A stretch of DNA of 63,941 bases, filler included, from Lenisia limosa (taxonomy: Eukaryota; Protista; Breviatea): NCBI GenBank assembly GCA_001655205.1. It is 15 parts of 15 records of this genome, joined end to end, with 100 filler letters (N's around TTAATTAATTAA, not from the genome) between each part and the next. Parts side by side here need not be neighbours in the genome. Positions count along the whole stretch, not along the records: positions 37,584 to 56,679 come from LPNZ01008756.1; positions 56,780 to 58,235 come from LPNZ01004155.1; positions 58,336 to 61,413 come from LPNZ01001495.1; 12 more parts are not named here. One strand, written 5' to 3'. Of this stretch, positions 48,101 to 61,393 are shown in pieces. A program made the translations under genes and the position numbers. The notes beneath the pieces were generated by a model, which was not told the origin of the DNA, searched no databases, and saw nothing but the letters and a program-made list of their open reading frames with translations. How positions within the stretch are numbered: position 1 is the first letter of the stretch; each line of letters starts with the position of its first letter.

Positions 48101-51100
48101 GAGAAAGGGTCTGTGAGGCGGATAATGAGTATATCTCCCTGAAAACATGTACATTGAACCAATGCTTACGGGGGCTAGAGATTCCCAGAGTAGCATTAGG
48201 TGCGAGTGTGTGTACACTTGAAAGAGTAAAACAGTACTTAAGTAACATTGATTCTTGAACATGTAATCATAGTTACCTTTCAAGCGGAAGGCCATCAGAA
48301 AATACAAGGGAAAGGCTGCAAAAGTCTGCGAGAGACTGGTCACCAAATAGAGAAGCGACCAAGTTGATAGACCCTACATAGTAGGTAGAAAATTACCAAA
48401 AAAACAACTCTGGTGATCAAAAAGGGTTTGTAAACGGAGATGTTAAGCAAATGTGGACATCAGTTCACCCTAACATACTTATATCAAACTCTGGTCCAAG
48501 AATAAAGGCGGAACTATTAGTGACTTCGACCCCCTCAGAAGGATTGCTAAAGAGCATCAATTAGCAACAACGCTTTTCCTACATAATAAACAGACGAGGT
48601 AGTAAAAGTTCTGGCTCTCCAAATTCTCGCGGCATACAGACATCGTCTAGAAATAAAGTTTGGAGGCAAATAAAATGAATTCATCAAACATCAGATCTAT
48701 TTATTCTGTTTAGACTGGAAAGAATGACTGTTACCCTTTACAAACCAACCAGTGTTTAGCTGAACATGAAAAACACCTTCTTGAGGGGAAGAATATTGTA
48801 AAAGAGATTTCACACGAAGTTGGTGGTTATAAAAGGCGTCAAGGTTCTAAAAATGTGGTGATTTGGGAAATCAGGAATAGTACTTCCACTTCAAATAAAG
48901 CATACCTCTTTAAGAACAATGTGTCCAACAGCGAATTTTAGATTGCTGTTTGTAGTATTTACTTTCACAATCAAAAGTTCAGAGATTTCTAAAGAGTCCT
49001 TCTCGTATGTAAGGTTATAGCTCCTGAAGGGTTAATACTTGACAGAGTATATGATGTGTTCAATAAGAGATAATATAAGATCCATAGATTCCCAGCATAC
49101 GACCCAAATGTTGCAAAATTTTTCTTGGATGGATTGTGAAGAGTTAAATCATAAGTCTGGCGAGGGGAAGCTGCGTTTTGAAGGGGCCAGAAATGGAGTT
49201 TAATTTGGAGGGTGTCTTCTTCGGATACAATGTTGAAAGGGACCAGTTGAAATATGTCTTCAAACTAAAAACGACATAAAACCCAGAAAATATGCGGTTG
49301 AGTTAAAAAAAAATTGTATTATCGTAATAATAGTAAATGTAAACTGTTACTAAAAAAGAAACACGCGTCCACTTACCTTTCCATCAGCAATATGAAACTT
49401 GAGTGAAGAGTTGCCTTCAACTTCAAAATCAAATCCCACATCACCCACTGCGTGGGGTACTACAAATAAGACAAAGGAATCAAGTGAGTTTACCTTTAAT
49501 ATCATTGACAAAACCTTCAACAGCGAAATGAAGAGTTTCTCCCTGAACAGGAGTGAAACAGTAAATCTTCAGCCCGGTAAGACATTCAACAAACCGTGAC
49601 ACCATTGAGGCTAGATATTGGAGTAACATCAATTTGCTCAGATAAAGGGGCAACGGTTCTTGTGATTTCCTAGAAAACCCAATAAAGGAGGAGCTTGATA
49701 CTTACCCGTGATGCCAACCCATTGCTTTGAAAAGTAAAGGTGTTCTTGCCAGGTATTCTAAGTGATAAAAAGACTGAGATACCATTCATACCCAAAGTGA
49801 GTAAAGGTAATAGTACAAGTGGCTTCTCCATTTTGGTTTGTCAGCACTCCTCTGCATCCCTTTAAATGTCAAAAACAAAATGTAACTTCGGCAAAAATCC
49901 CATACCAAGATTCGCTTATGAGGGTGCCCGAGGGTATAGGAGTCAGGGCTGATAGACTCGTCAAAGTTGAAGTAACCCCAAGGTCTGCTTGCTAAACGTA
50001 ATTGTAACGAAAATATGTTTCATTTTAGCAAGGATTTATAAATTGCTCAATTTTTTATCGGTGTGAACACAAAATCTTTCAATAAGAATTGCAGAAAGAA
50101 AATCATCCGAAGTATTTTAAGAGAATTAAATGTATTATGTGAACTCATACGATCCATACGACCGACTATGATGAACAGAGGTAGCACGTGTTGAATTGGA
50201 CAGAAGGAAGTAGATTATTTTGCTAAAAATCAAACTCACTGCTGCCTGTTGCTTTTACAAAGACGGGAACTCCCTGAAGCGGAGTACCATCCTCTTTCAG
50301 TACCTTGTTGGTTAGTTTTGCAATGGATCGGACAACAATATTGTACTATATAATTTTTTTTGTTTCATATTGCTTGATATAATATATGTGTGGGGATTTA
50401 ATAACTCTACTAAAGTACTAAATGATTGTATTTATAATAAGTCATCATTGGAATATTGCTATTTGGAAATTTGTGATCGAAATGAATCCCTGATATTAGC
50501 TACAAAGAATGTGATTAAAAAAGATTACAATAAAATATAATAAAGAGTCTCACTTTAATGACAAATTCTTCCTCTACTCCAGCTTGAATTGAGCCGAAAG
50601 AAAGAGCTCTGCCTGGACTGGAAAACACCATCACCTAGAGGTTTTAGATGATTATTTTTAAATTTGAAGTCAGAGCTGCCATACATGATTTGCAGTTTTG
50701 GAGAGAGAAGTAATATATACGACTGATTTTGAAAGGTAAAATGATGAGGTGTAAACTGTGGATAGTCTTGAGGGAGGTACAAGTTGAAAGACTTGTAGTA
50801 TATACTACTATATTGAAGTTAATATGCCCCTCCCCTTCCAACTTTGTTTGCAAACAGATTAACGAGTTTGGGCTCAATATCATTGAATGAGAACATTTTT
50901 TTGATTCCATTGACTGAAAAGCCGAACGTCTAAGGATTTATGTGATGACCAAGTGATGTTCACACATACAAATATTTCATCCAGGCTTCCAGAGAAAGTG
51001 AAAGTTTCTGTCACATTCCCCATGTCGTTTGTGAATAAATCACTTGACCCCACCGCAACTTGGTTGTTAGAAATGGATCTGAGACAAAACAATAATACTA

Positions 51101-52960
51101 GAAGCAAACTATATGGTTCACAAAATGAGATATAAAGTTCCAATAGAATTATCCAATTTACCCAACCTAAATTTTGACATACACTATAGATAATTGTATT
51201 CAAGATTGTTAACCCCTTTGGCAAATCAACCCTTAAACACCTTCAGTCCTTTTTGGGTTGCTACTGTCTGGGCCAACTTCCGACTTGGTAACGAATCCAA
51301 CCTTCACATTTGGAATAAAGCTGTTAACAGACTCTACAGACACCTAAAATGGAAAAAAGCTACTAAGAAAGAAACAAAGCGACATATATAATAAAAATTT
51401 GTGATTGAAATTGAGAGTACTTTCAACAATCAAATTTTCCTAGCACAGCATAGTGAAAAAATTCTAACACTTTTCAGCTCCATTATAGTTGTTTACTTAA
51501 GCAATGAGTTAATCCAGGACCAGAACACTAATGATCTAACTCAGCTCCAACCGTCCCCCCCCCCNNNNNNNNNNNNNNNNNNNNNNNNNNNNNNNNNNNN
51601 NNNNNNNNNNNNNNNNNNNNNNNATGATTTAGCGATATGTTAATGTTTGAGACCTCTTGTTCTAAAAATAAGTGATAAAAATGAAGTGAAATTCAACACC
51701 ACCTATTTCAACAACCGTTTTTGGAGAATTGCTTTGGATCTCGGGATCTTCAGGGATCAGATGAATCTGATATATTCCAGCAAGAGCAGCTTGGACAGTG
51801 ATAGTAGAAGACCAAACCTATGATGTTATTTTTGGCTTCACATTCAGTTTCAACCTACCCCCAATTCATCGGTTTCTTGAAGAGTATTCAAAAAGATTCT
51901 TTCACAGAAAGCAACATCGATATGATCTTCAGTGAAATTATCCATATCTGAATGTATAACACTTTTTTGGAATACAAGCATCAAATACGGTTTCAAATAT
52001 GTCTTACAAGCATAACACAACCAAGGGCTCAGGAAAATCAAAATGCAAGAGTTTCTACTCACCAAAAGTACTGCAGGAAAGTCCTTGGGTTGGATAAGTA
52101 TAGCTCTCAATTTCAATCACTGCTCTGAACTTCTCACTGCTAATGGGAATACCGTCACTATTTCGAACGAGGGCCTACGAAGGTTAAATATTAATAAAAT
52201 GTACATACCTCCAGAAGGTTGCCTGTTCTTCCAAGAACAAATACGTCATCATGCTTCAAAAATGTAATCTAAACAATAAAGATTAACAACAACAAAAAAA
52301 ACAGCATTTTCGTGATACTTTAAAATAACTCTTCAAGTTTTAACAAATGATATGATATGTTTTATTACACATGCCCGATTTGTGATTTGCTATGTGACTT
52401 CCCAAGGAAAGTGGTCAAGAATTGTCCCGGTCACTGTATAATATGCCTCAAATCGCAAACAGTATAGTAATTGCACACACGTACTCTCACCTCTCTATAT
52501 GAACCCTTCAAATCTTTGGGGGAACCATCCAAGCTTTCCTTTAACACTAGAAAGGCTATTAGACGACATGACAATAATCGTTTTCCTTTGTGAAAGTTAA
52601 CACGGAATAATTTTTGTCAAATAAACTCTCCTTAATCCTTTAGATTTAAACTTGTCCCAGTCCCACAGATTAAAGTTGCCAAAATGAAGATCAATCCAAA
52701 TAGCATGGACATCCACTCAACCACTCTAAACTAAATGGTAAGATTATCAACTTCAGAGCTGGGATCATACATATAAGTGTTGCTCTGAATATGGGTGGAC
52801 CCCATCTTGCAAATGAGGAATGTCTTTTTCTTCACTATTGAACTGGAGGGTCTGGGATTGAGGAATCTTGATTGTAAAACTTAAAGGATCTTTCACCAAA
52901 CCTGACCCGACGAAGCTTCCATTGCAAAGTATTGCTTCAGTATCTGTTGCTTATTTGATT
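39190..52960 (-). CDS. Very large multi-exon surface/membrane protein: Ig-like (Big_1-like) repeats followed by several TM segments; could be two genes
   Basis: Dozens of short AT-rich exons, all on the minus strand. Repeated motifs NSDGIPISS, EDGTPLQGVPV, SDGLPLE, GSGDPLVG, TNQNGEATCTITF, TNDMGNVTETFTF. Hydrophobic exons at about 43600, 42560, 40680, 40500 and 39400. Probable stop at 39190. Confidence 0.55.
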
Positions 52961-53652
52961 TTTGGTAGTGTCTTTGTAACTCTCTATGAAGAAAGCAGTC
53001 TGAAGAAGAAGAAAAAGGAGGCGAAAGGAAGTGGAGTTCCTCCTTGGCGGTGTTTGGAGGAATCTAGGGTCTTCGCTTGTAGCGCGAAAATTTCACTAGA
53101 AGAAGGTTATTCCTTGCAAAAACCGTTGGAACGTAGAGGGGTGAAGGGCAGGGAAGAGGGAGGGAGGGAGGGAGAAGGGAATTCCGCCGCGGCATTCGGC
53201 CTTTTCCTCGGAATTGCGGATTTTTACTCTCCTTATTTCCTTTTCCTGCTCTTTCCCTCCGATTAACACAGTAAGATATCTCAATAAAAAAACTCCAAGT
53301 ATGAATAAGCCTCAGACTTGAGTCTGAAAATTGATTTTTTCTGAAGATGACACAGTGCCATAGTTTTCGAAAACAAATCCCATTAATTTGGTTGTTAATT
53401 GGCTCTCTTCTTAATTTTGCTTATTGCATTCCATTTAATGATTCTAATGAAAGTGAGTTCCTGAAATTTATCAGCAGTTGAGAATTAATGTATTCTCTGA
53501 GCATCCTTTGCTATAAAATGACACTTCAGCCCGAGATGGAATTAAGCAGAACCTTGCATTCATTGTTCAACACACAACTCTGGTTTGTTTCGGCCATATC
53601 GTCTCTCTCTGCTTTTCTTACACTTATTATTTCACTATGTTTACAATAACAG

Positions 53653-55424
53653 GTCAATATCGACAAGCTGCCAGTCCAACCTCAAAACTTGACCACCCTT
53701 TATCAACCTGGTGGTCTTTTTTTGACTCTCAGAACAACAGAACCTTTGGGACTACTTAGAGTATGTTAGGCTTTTTGGGCCTGGTTTGAGTGGCTATTTG
53801 TTGGGGGTAGGGGAAGAGGAGCCTCGCTTTAACACTCGTAATTTTCGGATAAATTGATCAGCATTTTGCCAAATGCCAAAATACCTAAGGCTGTATTGTG
53901 TTGGGTCTGCTCAGGCTTGTTGCCCTCCTCAAGGGCAAAGCTCTAAATTTTGTGGGTTATTTCAAAGCGTAAAATCCTCATAGAAATAGGAACGGTTTCA
54001 ATGATTCAGGAAAGAGGTATTTCTCATAGTGTGGACTATACTTCTCATCATTGTAGATACGACCAGGTACAATTGTGGTGGCGTCTTCCAAGTACAAGCT
54101 TATCGAAGACGAAGATGGCGAGTATTGGCCTGCATACTACAAGGCACTAGGTCGAGTGGACTTTGAGGTTGGAGGATGGTTGTCTTTATCTTTTCTTCTT
54201 CTCTTTGATTAAATCTACTATGTAACTTACTACTTACTGGGTGTTATTTGGGCCTTTTTTTTGTTCAAATATGTAAAAAAAAATGATTTGTTTTCATCTA
54301 ACCTGCAACACAGTATTAAGATATATAAACGTATAAAATATACAATTATATTATATGCATATTGTTTTGTATAAAAGTTTGTTCTTTGAAGTGACTCCAA
54401 ATTGTCACCATTTTTTAGATTGATGAATGGGATTCGAGCTACTTGATTTCAGTGCCAGTGGAGACAGCGTCACTTGCGGATGTGTTTGTCAATGCTGAGG
54501 TTTGGCATCTGTCCTTCTCTTTCATCCGTGATTTTGTTAAGAATATGATATGTATGTAGTATTTGTTATATAAATTCTCATTCTACCCGCTCCCCATATT
54601 TTAGCGTTTTCTACCCCTCCCCTCCTTTCAATATTCCAACTCCCAAGTCCCGGCCCATATTTAATATCTCAACAAACACTTCCTAATAAAACTTTTTATA
54701 ATTTCCTCAGATTTCTCTTGATCTTGAACCTACCAACTTCAAAGAACAAAACCGACTTGTCAAGTATCATCCAAGAACAAGGTAAGGGTTTGTATGCATA
54801 CTTAAATCTTTGAGTTTGACAAGAAACCAATCATTAATAAATATTTATTTTCGATTATAGTAGTGTTTGTATATAAAAATAGAATGGAGGAGGGGGTGTA
54901 CAAAATATTGTTTAAGATTCATCAAACTTTAGAAAAAGGGTCTATAATACTAATCAATTGTATTCTTATTTAAATAGCTCGGAATACTACACTCCCCGCG
55001 ATCTGCCCTCCGACATTATGAAGTTCAACTACAATCCAGATAAACAAAGTAAGCGTTCTTTTGGTGAATATTTTATCGCAACACAAGTAATTTCCGGCCC
55101 CAATCTTCTGACATATAATATGTTGATATATCCATATGATCGAATATCAATCATAGAGTATTATTATATATGCCAAACCAAAATAAAAAAACTCACAGAT
55201 AATCATCAAATATAGCTTAAAAATGCAAATCTGGTATCTTCCAAACTTTAGTCCATCCAGTATCTCTTCTAAGTTTAATTGTGTGGACGGCTTTGGACAG
55301 ATACCAACTTTTATTGTAATCGTTCAGGTGGATTTTCTATGCCTCTCTCTCAAAATGTTTCCTGCGAGAGCTGTTACCTCCTCGGAACCGAATCACTGCA
55401 CTTTGATATGACCATTTCGAATCG
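53653..55424 (+). CDS. Hypothetical multi-exon protein
   Basis: Exons VNIDKLPVQPQNLTTLYQPGGLFL; TIVVASSKYKLIEDEDGEYWPAYYKALGRVDFE; IDEWDSSYLISVPVETASLADVFVNAE; ISLDLEPTNFKEQNRLVKYHPRT; SEYYTPRDLPSDIMKFNYNPDKQ; GFSMPLSQNVSCESCYLLG. Confidence 0.6.
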
Positions 55425-56794
55425 TAAGCGGCAAAATACATGATAATATTATTGTTTTATTATAAGCATTATCAATAAATTATTACTATGGTTGGTAAGG
55501 TAATTTTGAATTTTAAAGGCTCAGAAACCACTTTTTGGCCCAGTTTTCTGACCACATTCAATTTCAGGGTTGTTTTCATTTTTCAAAACAAAAAAAGTCA
55601 CGCAAATTTCGGAATGAATCGGTAGAAGTTGCCGATAAAATCAAACTTTCCTGTAAAAGTAGATGTCACTATCACAAGGACTTCTTGCTTGAAAAAAAAA
55701 GGAATATTCAAAAAAATCAGAATCTATATCATCTTTGGCAGGGTTTAATAAACAGCTTAATGTGGTTCGTAGTTATCGTTTGGTATTCTTTTTAAATTCA
55801 ATGGTTGAGGCTCGGGAAATTCTTTGCTACATTTTGATTTTTTTGACCAAAATTACTATTTTGAGATCAGAATAATATACATATGTATCTCGAGCCTATC
55901 TAAAACATTTGACATTCATATCAAAAGATAGCTACGATCCACACACAGTTGTTTCACTTATTTAAATTCAAGAACTGGATTTCTGAATTTTCGGTTGATG
56001 TCTCATAAGGCAAGTCCTTTCGGAGAGACAAGTATTTTTTTGTAGAAACTGTTAAATTTTTATCTGTAATTTGTGTGATTTGGTTTGGATTTCACGTGTT
56101 TACCCGAGTCGTTAGTGGCACCTAACGATTCAGTCAAAAAATCCCGTAATTAAAAATTTTGTGCTTGAAACATATATTTTTTTTGGGGGAAAACAAAATA
56201 TTCAAAACATCTCAGAAATTGAATGTGATAAAAACTAGACTAAAAAGAGGTTAACTCAGTAATATTGAAGTTGTAGTTTTGCATTTCTTTTTTCACTCTG
56301 CCATTTAAGGTTTGGTTTTAACAACATTTCTTCACCCCCCCCCCCNNNNNNNNNNNNNNNNNNNNNNNNNNNNNNNNNNNNNNNNNNNNNNNNNNNNNNN
56401 NNNNNNNNNNNNNNNNNNNNNNNNNNNNNNNNNNNNCCTAAACCAGGGTTTTGAGTTTTTCGGGTTTTAAAAATATTGAACTTTGCTTGAAAATATTTGA
56501 GAGATGCTGATATAAGAAGAGTAGAGCGATTTGAGCTCGTGACAATGTACTAAAACTACGATTAAGTTCTATGGGTGAACAGTTAGGCAAATTTTACTTT
56601 AAGCAAGCCGAAAGATGCACTATTTGGAAAATTATTCTTCCTTGATTTTGTTACAGCCCCCTTTTTCCTTCTCAGCAGTNNNNNNNNNNNNNNNNNNNNN
56701 NNNNNNNNNNNNNNNNNNNNNNNTTAATTAATTAANNNNNNNNNNNNNNNNNNNNNNNNNNNNNNNNNNNNNNNNNNNNCCCCCCCCCCCCCAG

Positions 56795-58235
56795 GCCAAG
56801 ACTTTATCCTTGTCCAAGCCATGGACGGACGACTGGAGGTGTTTGAAGGAGACCAGGTGGCCTTCCACCGTTACCTTGAGCCCTTCCTCCTGCCCGGCCC
56901 AATGGTATTCATACCCAAGGTCGGCGGCATGCATACAGGCACCACAATGGGTGGCAATTAGGGCTTCACTTCAGTTCGAAAAAGACTGGTAAATATCGAT
57001 AGTTTTCGAGGATTTATCGGAAAATTCAATCTTTTTTCGAATCGAAGTGAAGCCCTAGTGGCAGTTGACGGACACGACTGAATGAAGCACTCAGGATGAA
57101 CTTTGTTATCTTTGTTTATCATTCATTTCATATTACTTGTGGATTTGAGACAACTCTTTGGCATTTTGTGTGTTGAGTTTGAGTAACACCGCAGACGGAC
57201 ACATTTGTGACAGTCAACAGTAGCGGCATTCTTGAGGCGTATAAGTACTCCATGCTTGCAGGTTTGCCTTTTGAGTGTTCGGTAATTCTACAACTGTATC
57301 ACTTTTTGTGACATTTACACTCTTGTAAAGGATATGCATATATTGTCATGGGGGGTGGGGGTGGGTAGGATACGTGTTTTACATGCTTTGCGGATTATTA
57401 GTGATATTGATAATGACCTCTCCTGACAAGTACTGGTTTGTGCACAATTGCCCTGGGATTGACCCGAACCGGGTACCCTGTCAAAGCCCGTTGGGTCTGA
57501 TCTTGTTCCTGTCGAGCCTTTACAGCAAACAACTGGTTTCACTCAGCAGCTGCGAGCGGATCACAGACTAAGAAGGGAGAGGAGGACGCTGCCACCAAGA
57601 CCGGTAAGAAGCTACGACCAGATTGGACCCTCAACATCGGTGACGAGCCCCTCACAATGCAGCTCACCGTGGGGTAAAGGGGTAAAGAATTTTGTTTTTG
57701 AGAGTAAGTGGAATATATAGTATAGTATTGTATATTACATACATATGATATTATTACATTAAATAGTAATCTGGAAAACACCATAATTATGGGGTAAGAG
57801 ATGCTTAATAATATCTGGGGGTACTACTAATAATAAGTACGTTGGGATACAATGGGGAGGGTAAGGGTGCCTCGGAGGTGTATTATCACGTCATAAGAAA
57901 TCAATAAAGGGACTGTTGGAGCCCCCATTATCCATTAGTTCAGTTCAGTTCATGACTCTCCAGCGGTTATCCCAAGGCCTGGCCGCCTCACACAGTGAAA
58001 TCCTAGTCACGTGCCCTCGGGCTATCTATGTCGTCAGCGAAACTGGCACCTTGAAAATGCACAGGAAACTGGAGGTTCATCCCTGTGCCACCACCACCTA
58101 TGTGTATGTCGGGACATTGTGTGAATCATACTTTTGAGACTTGGGATGCTTTTCATCTTTTGTACTTTCCCTCAAGCCAATACGCCCTTCATCTTATGCT
58201 GTAGCCCCTTGGCCCAGATCCCGCATTCTGGCAAC
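56795..58235 (+). CDS. BBS9: BBSome subunit BBS9/PTHB1, beta-propeller region, partial
   Basis: QDFILVQAMDGRLEVFEGDQVAFHRYLEPFLLPGPM; TDTFVTVNSSGILEAY; TGKKLRPDWTLNIGDEPL; GTLKMHRKLEVHP. Compare BBS9 ICIQSMDG.L.VFE...FLLPGPL...TDSF.TV...DWTLNIGE. Confidence 0.93.
56959..57057. mobile_element. hAT-type MITE (family 1) in BBS9 intron
   Basis: TAGGGCTTCACTTCAGTTCG...CGAATCGAAGTGAAGCCCTA; TSD GTGGCAAT/GTGGCAGT (7/8). Confidence 0.9.
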
Positions 58236-59492
58236 NNNNNNNNNNNNNNNNNNNNNNNNNNNNNNNNNNNNNNNNNNNNTTAATTAATTAANNNNNNNNN
58301 NNNNNNNNNNNNNNNNNNNNNNNNNNNNNNNNNNNAATCTGCGTTTCTATAGTGGGGCACTTTAATAGGCTCAAAATGCTATTATTCTGAAAGAGCGGGG
58401 TTTCAAAAAATATTTTCGCGTAAAGGAAACTGCGTGACCCCGGCCGGGTCAATTCTGATCAAAAGATCTTTTTTTTTCGATTTTTTTATCTCCTCTTTTT
58501 TCTTCTTCTTTTTTGCTCATAATTTCTTTTGTTTTGATGTTATTGATAGTCTAGTACTCAAAACTGCCGAATTTCACACTAAAAAGGGTGTTATTGAAGC
58601 GATTTATGTCGATTTTTGGCTTTTTCGCGGTTTTAATCATGTTCGCGGTTTTAATCACCAACCTATATCAATAGTGGTAGTGATTATTATACTTGATGAA
58701 TGGGCTAAAATATGGGATTTAAAAGAAACACTCAACCTCATCTGGAGTACCTTACTTCCTCAGGATGCAGCTAAAACAGTTGTCACAAATGGAGAAATTC
58801 AATTCAACTTCATTTTGGCCATTTCAATTCTGCTCTTCCTGATATTTAACTGTTTGTTGGGAAATAGTTTTTTTATTATTATTATTTGGTGTATATAATA
58901 TACACCATATGCATATCGTATATAATACAGTATGTCAAATCCGCATTTTTGTATTCATTAGTACTGAATTTCCAATAAATGTTCGTATCTTTGATATTAG
59001 TCAAACTAAGGCTTCCCTACTGTTCCGTTCAAAACAGTCCATGAAATTAATTATTGGTTATATTAATATATTTATATTGTTATATTATTTAAATTCATGT
59101 TCAAAAAGAAGTATTTCGAAAAACTCTGTCTTTTTTGGGAATGAAAGCAAGTGATGGAGAGGATAGCTTCGACCAAATACTCCTCTCATAATTATCCTAT
59201 TATGTTCCCCCTTCCCTTAACACTTGTGGTGAGTTAGTATTATAATGAACTTGATGATGTGGATGACTTTGGTCACATACCACATTGTTTTACTCATATG
59301 TATGTGATTTAAATAATAGTCCAATATCTATTTTATGGCCAGATACTCTATTGCATCTCTAACTACCCAGTTACACTCTTGTTTTATTTCCCATTCGTAT
59401 TTACACAGTTACTCCCTTGTTTTACTTTGTGTTTCTGTTTTTCTAGTATATCACATAATCCAATATCTCTTATAACTCATCTCTTACTACCC

Positions 59493-61393
59493 AGATGTGG
59501 TGGTGCGCCCAGCGTTGTCGCATGTCAACAAAGAACTCTTGCAAACACGCTGCATGCTACTTATGGTGCCAAAACACGTGGTCAAGGAGGTGGGGTTAGA
59601 GTAGTCGTCTAATAAACGATATCGATATAAATACATGTTTGATATAGAGGTTATATTACCACCCAAGTTTCCTTATTTTAGGTGTGGGAGAAGACTAAGT
59701 ATCACAATGTTGTTAGTTTGTCTTGTTACCATTTTCATCATCTGAGATGGTGATGCATAAGTGACTAATTGGGGCCTTTTGTTTGTTAATTCAATCTAAA
59801 TAGTTTAATCAAATGACTTTATTCTGGTTTTGTTTCACAAGTTTCTTTTTTTTTTACTCAGAAAGGTGCCTGGGCTTTCTTCATTGGACTTGACTCAGTT
59901 CACATTTCTGAAGGCGGTCAAGTTCGTCTTCTCAAAGTATGCACTGTTTTTGTTTTTATTTATCATGATTGTTAATATATCTTATAAGCGTGGAAGGCTC
60001 TGGCCGGATACAACCTTGTTTTATTTCTTATATCTATAGTGTTTTTGTTTGTTATTGTACTTTGTGTGGTTATAATAGAGGATTCTCTTCAGAGTCGGAA
60101 TGCTCATACCGATAATTTTGAGGAGTTATTGAAAACTCCAGGATGTTGTGAGAAGAGTGTTATAATTGGCATTTTAAAATGAATAAGTGCTGACCTATTA
60201 GGAATGAAATTGTCTTTTCAGAATCCCAGCAAGAACTGGTCAATAGAATCCAAGAAAAGGAGGCTGAAAGTGGGCTATTACTCATTCAATTTTTAGATGG
60301 GGGTGGGAGTACAATAACAGGTTTACCTCGTGTGTTTTCTGAGTTAATATGGAGGGCTTCATAAAAGATCGGAAAACTATCGAAATATATCGATGATTTA
60401 TCGATTTTTCCGTCATTTTTTGGATCGGAGTGAAGCCCTCCCTGCTTATTAGTGGTAGTCTTGATGTCCTAACAAGTCTCTTTTTTTGTGGTACACTCCA
60501 GTGACAGTGATAAGTCTTGACCGATTTTCCGAAGGTATATGATTTACAATGCACACTTTGGTACACACTTATCACGGCCAGTCTACAGACATCAATACTC
60601 CTAAATTCAATCATTTACGGACTCAGAAAACCAATCCAACAAGCACGTTGGCCTACGGTCGCGTCCTGATCTCATGATAACCTCATCCACTACCCTTTCT
60701 CTCCCGGTACGCCTTGATCAATAAGACAAAAGAAATGTGAAGTTCTCATTCAAAGCCGTTATCCTGTTCACTTTGTTTTTTTTTCAAAAACAAATGCGTA
60801 TCTTTTAATTACTCTATTTTCTAATTTGACGAATGCTTTATCACAATTCAGAGCCATAAAAACTTGCTTGAAGAAGATCCCATCGATGACATAATTGGTG
60901 AGTTTGAGGTTCCAACATTTTTTGTATCAGCAGCTTTTACACCATGAAGATATGAGTAAATTTGTTAACGATGTGTTTTTTATTGACCTTTCCCTGATAG
61001 AGGCATGCAGAAGGTTGTATGCACATTGTTAGGTGAATTAATATTACATAATGTAGTTTGATATTGTTACTTAATATATCCATTTATCGTTGACATCTTC
61101 CAGGTTCCAACTCCATTGCGTCTGCAGATCCCATCACCCTCCCGGGCTCACCTGACAACTATGATGACGTTTCTGAGAGTGTTATTTCTCTGCACGGTGT
61201 AAATCGATCGTCGGAGACAGACTTAGTGGGGGTGTGGGGTGACTGTAGGGAGACAAAAGAAGATATAAAACACAACTAAAATAGCCGAAACACTGGTATT
61301 ACTCTGAAACCCGCCTAACACACTCAGCTTGCCAACAATGACTCGCCCGCTTCCCTCCAATCGGCCTCGTCGCTCCCCGGAAGCCCCGCCGGC
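59493..61393 (+). CDS. Hypothetical multi-exon protein
   Basis: Exons VVVRPALSHVNKELLQTRCMLLMVPKHVVKE; AWAFFIGLDSVHISEGGQVRLLK; SRNAHTDNFEELLKTPGC; SHKNLLEEDPIDDII; SNSIASADPITLPGSPDNYDDV. Confidence 0.55.
60350..60600. mobile_element. Degenerate family-1 MITE (60350-60440) and family-2 remnant (60500-60600)
   Basis: GAGGGCTTCA...GGAGTGAAGCCCTC; CAGTGACAGTGATAAGTCTTGACCGATTTTCC. Confidence 0.6.

Noticed and set aside
39190-52960. Endogenous giant virus or bacterial contaminant (AT-rich island)
   Set aside because: Dense canonical spliceosomal introns, no viral hallmark motifs seen, and contiguous with eukaryotic PEX14.
59493-61393. Continuation of BBS9 across the gap
   Set aside because: Translated exons show no resemblance to the BBS9 C-terminal half as I recall it.
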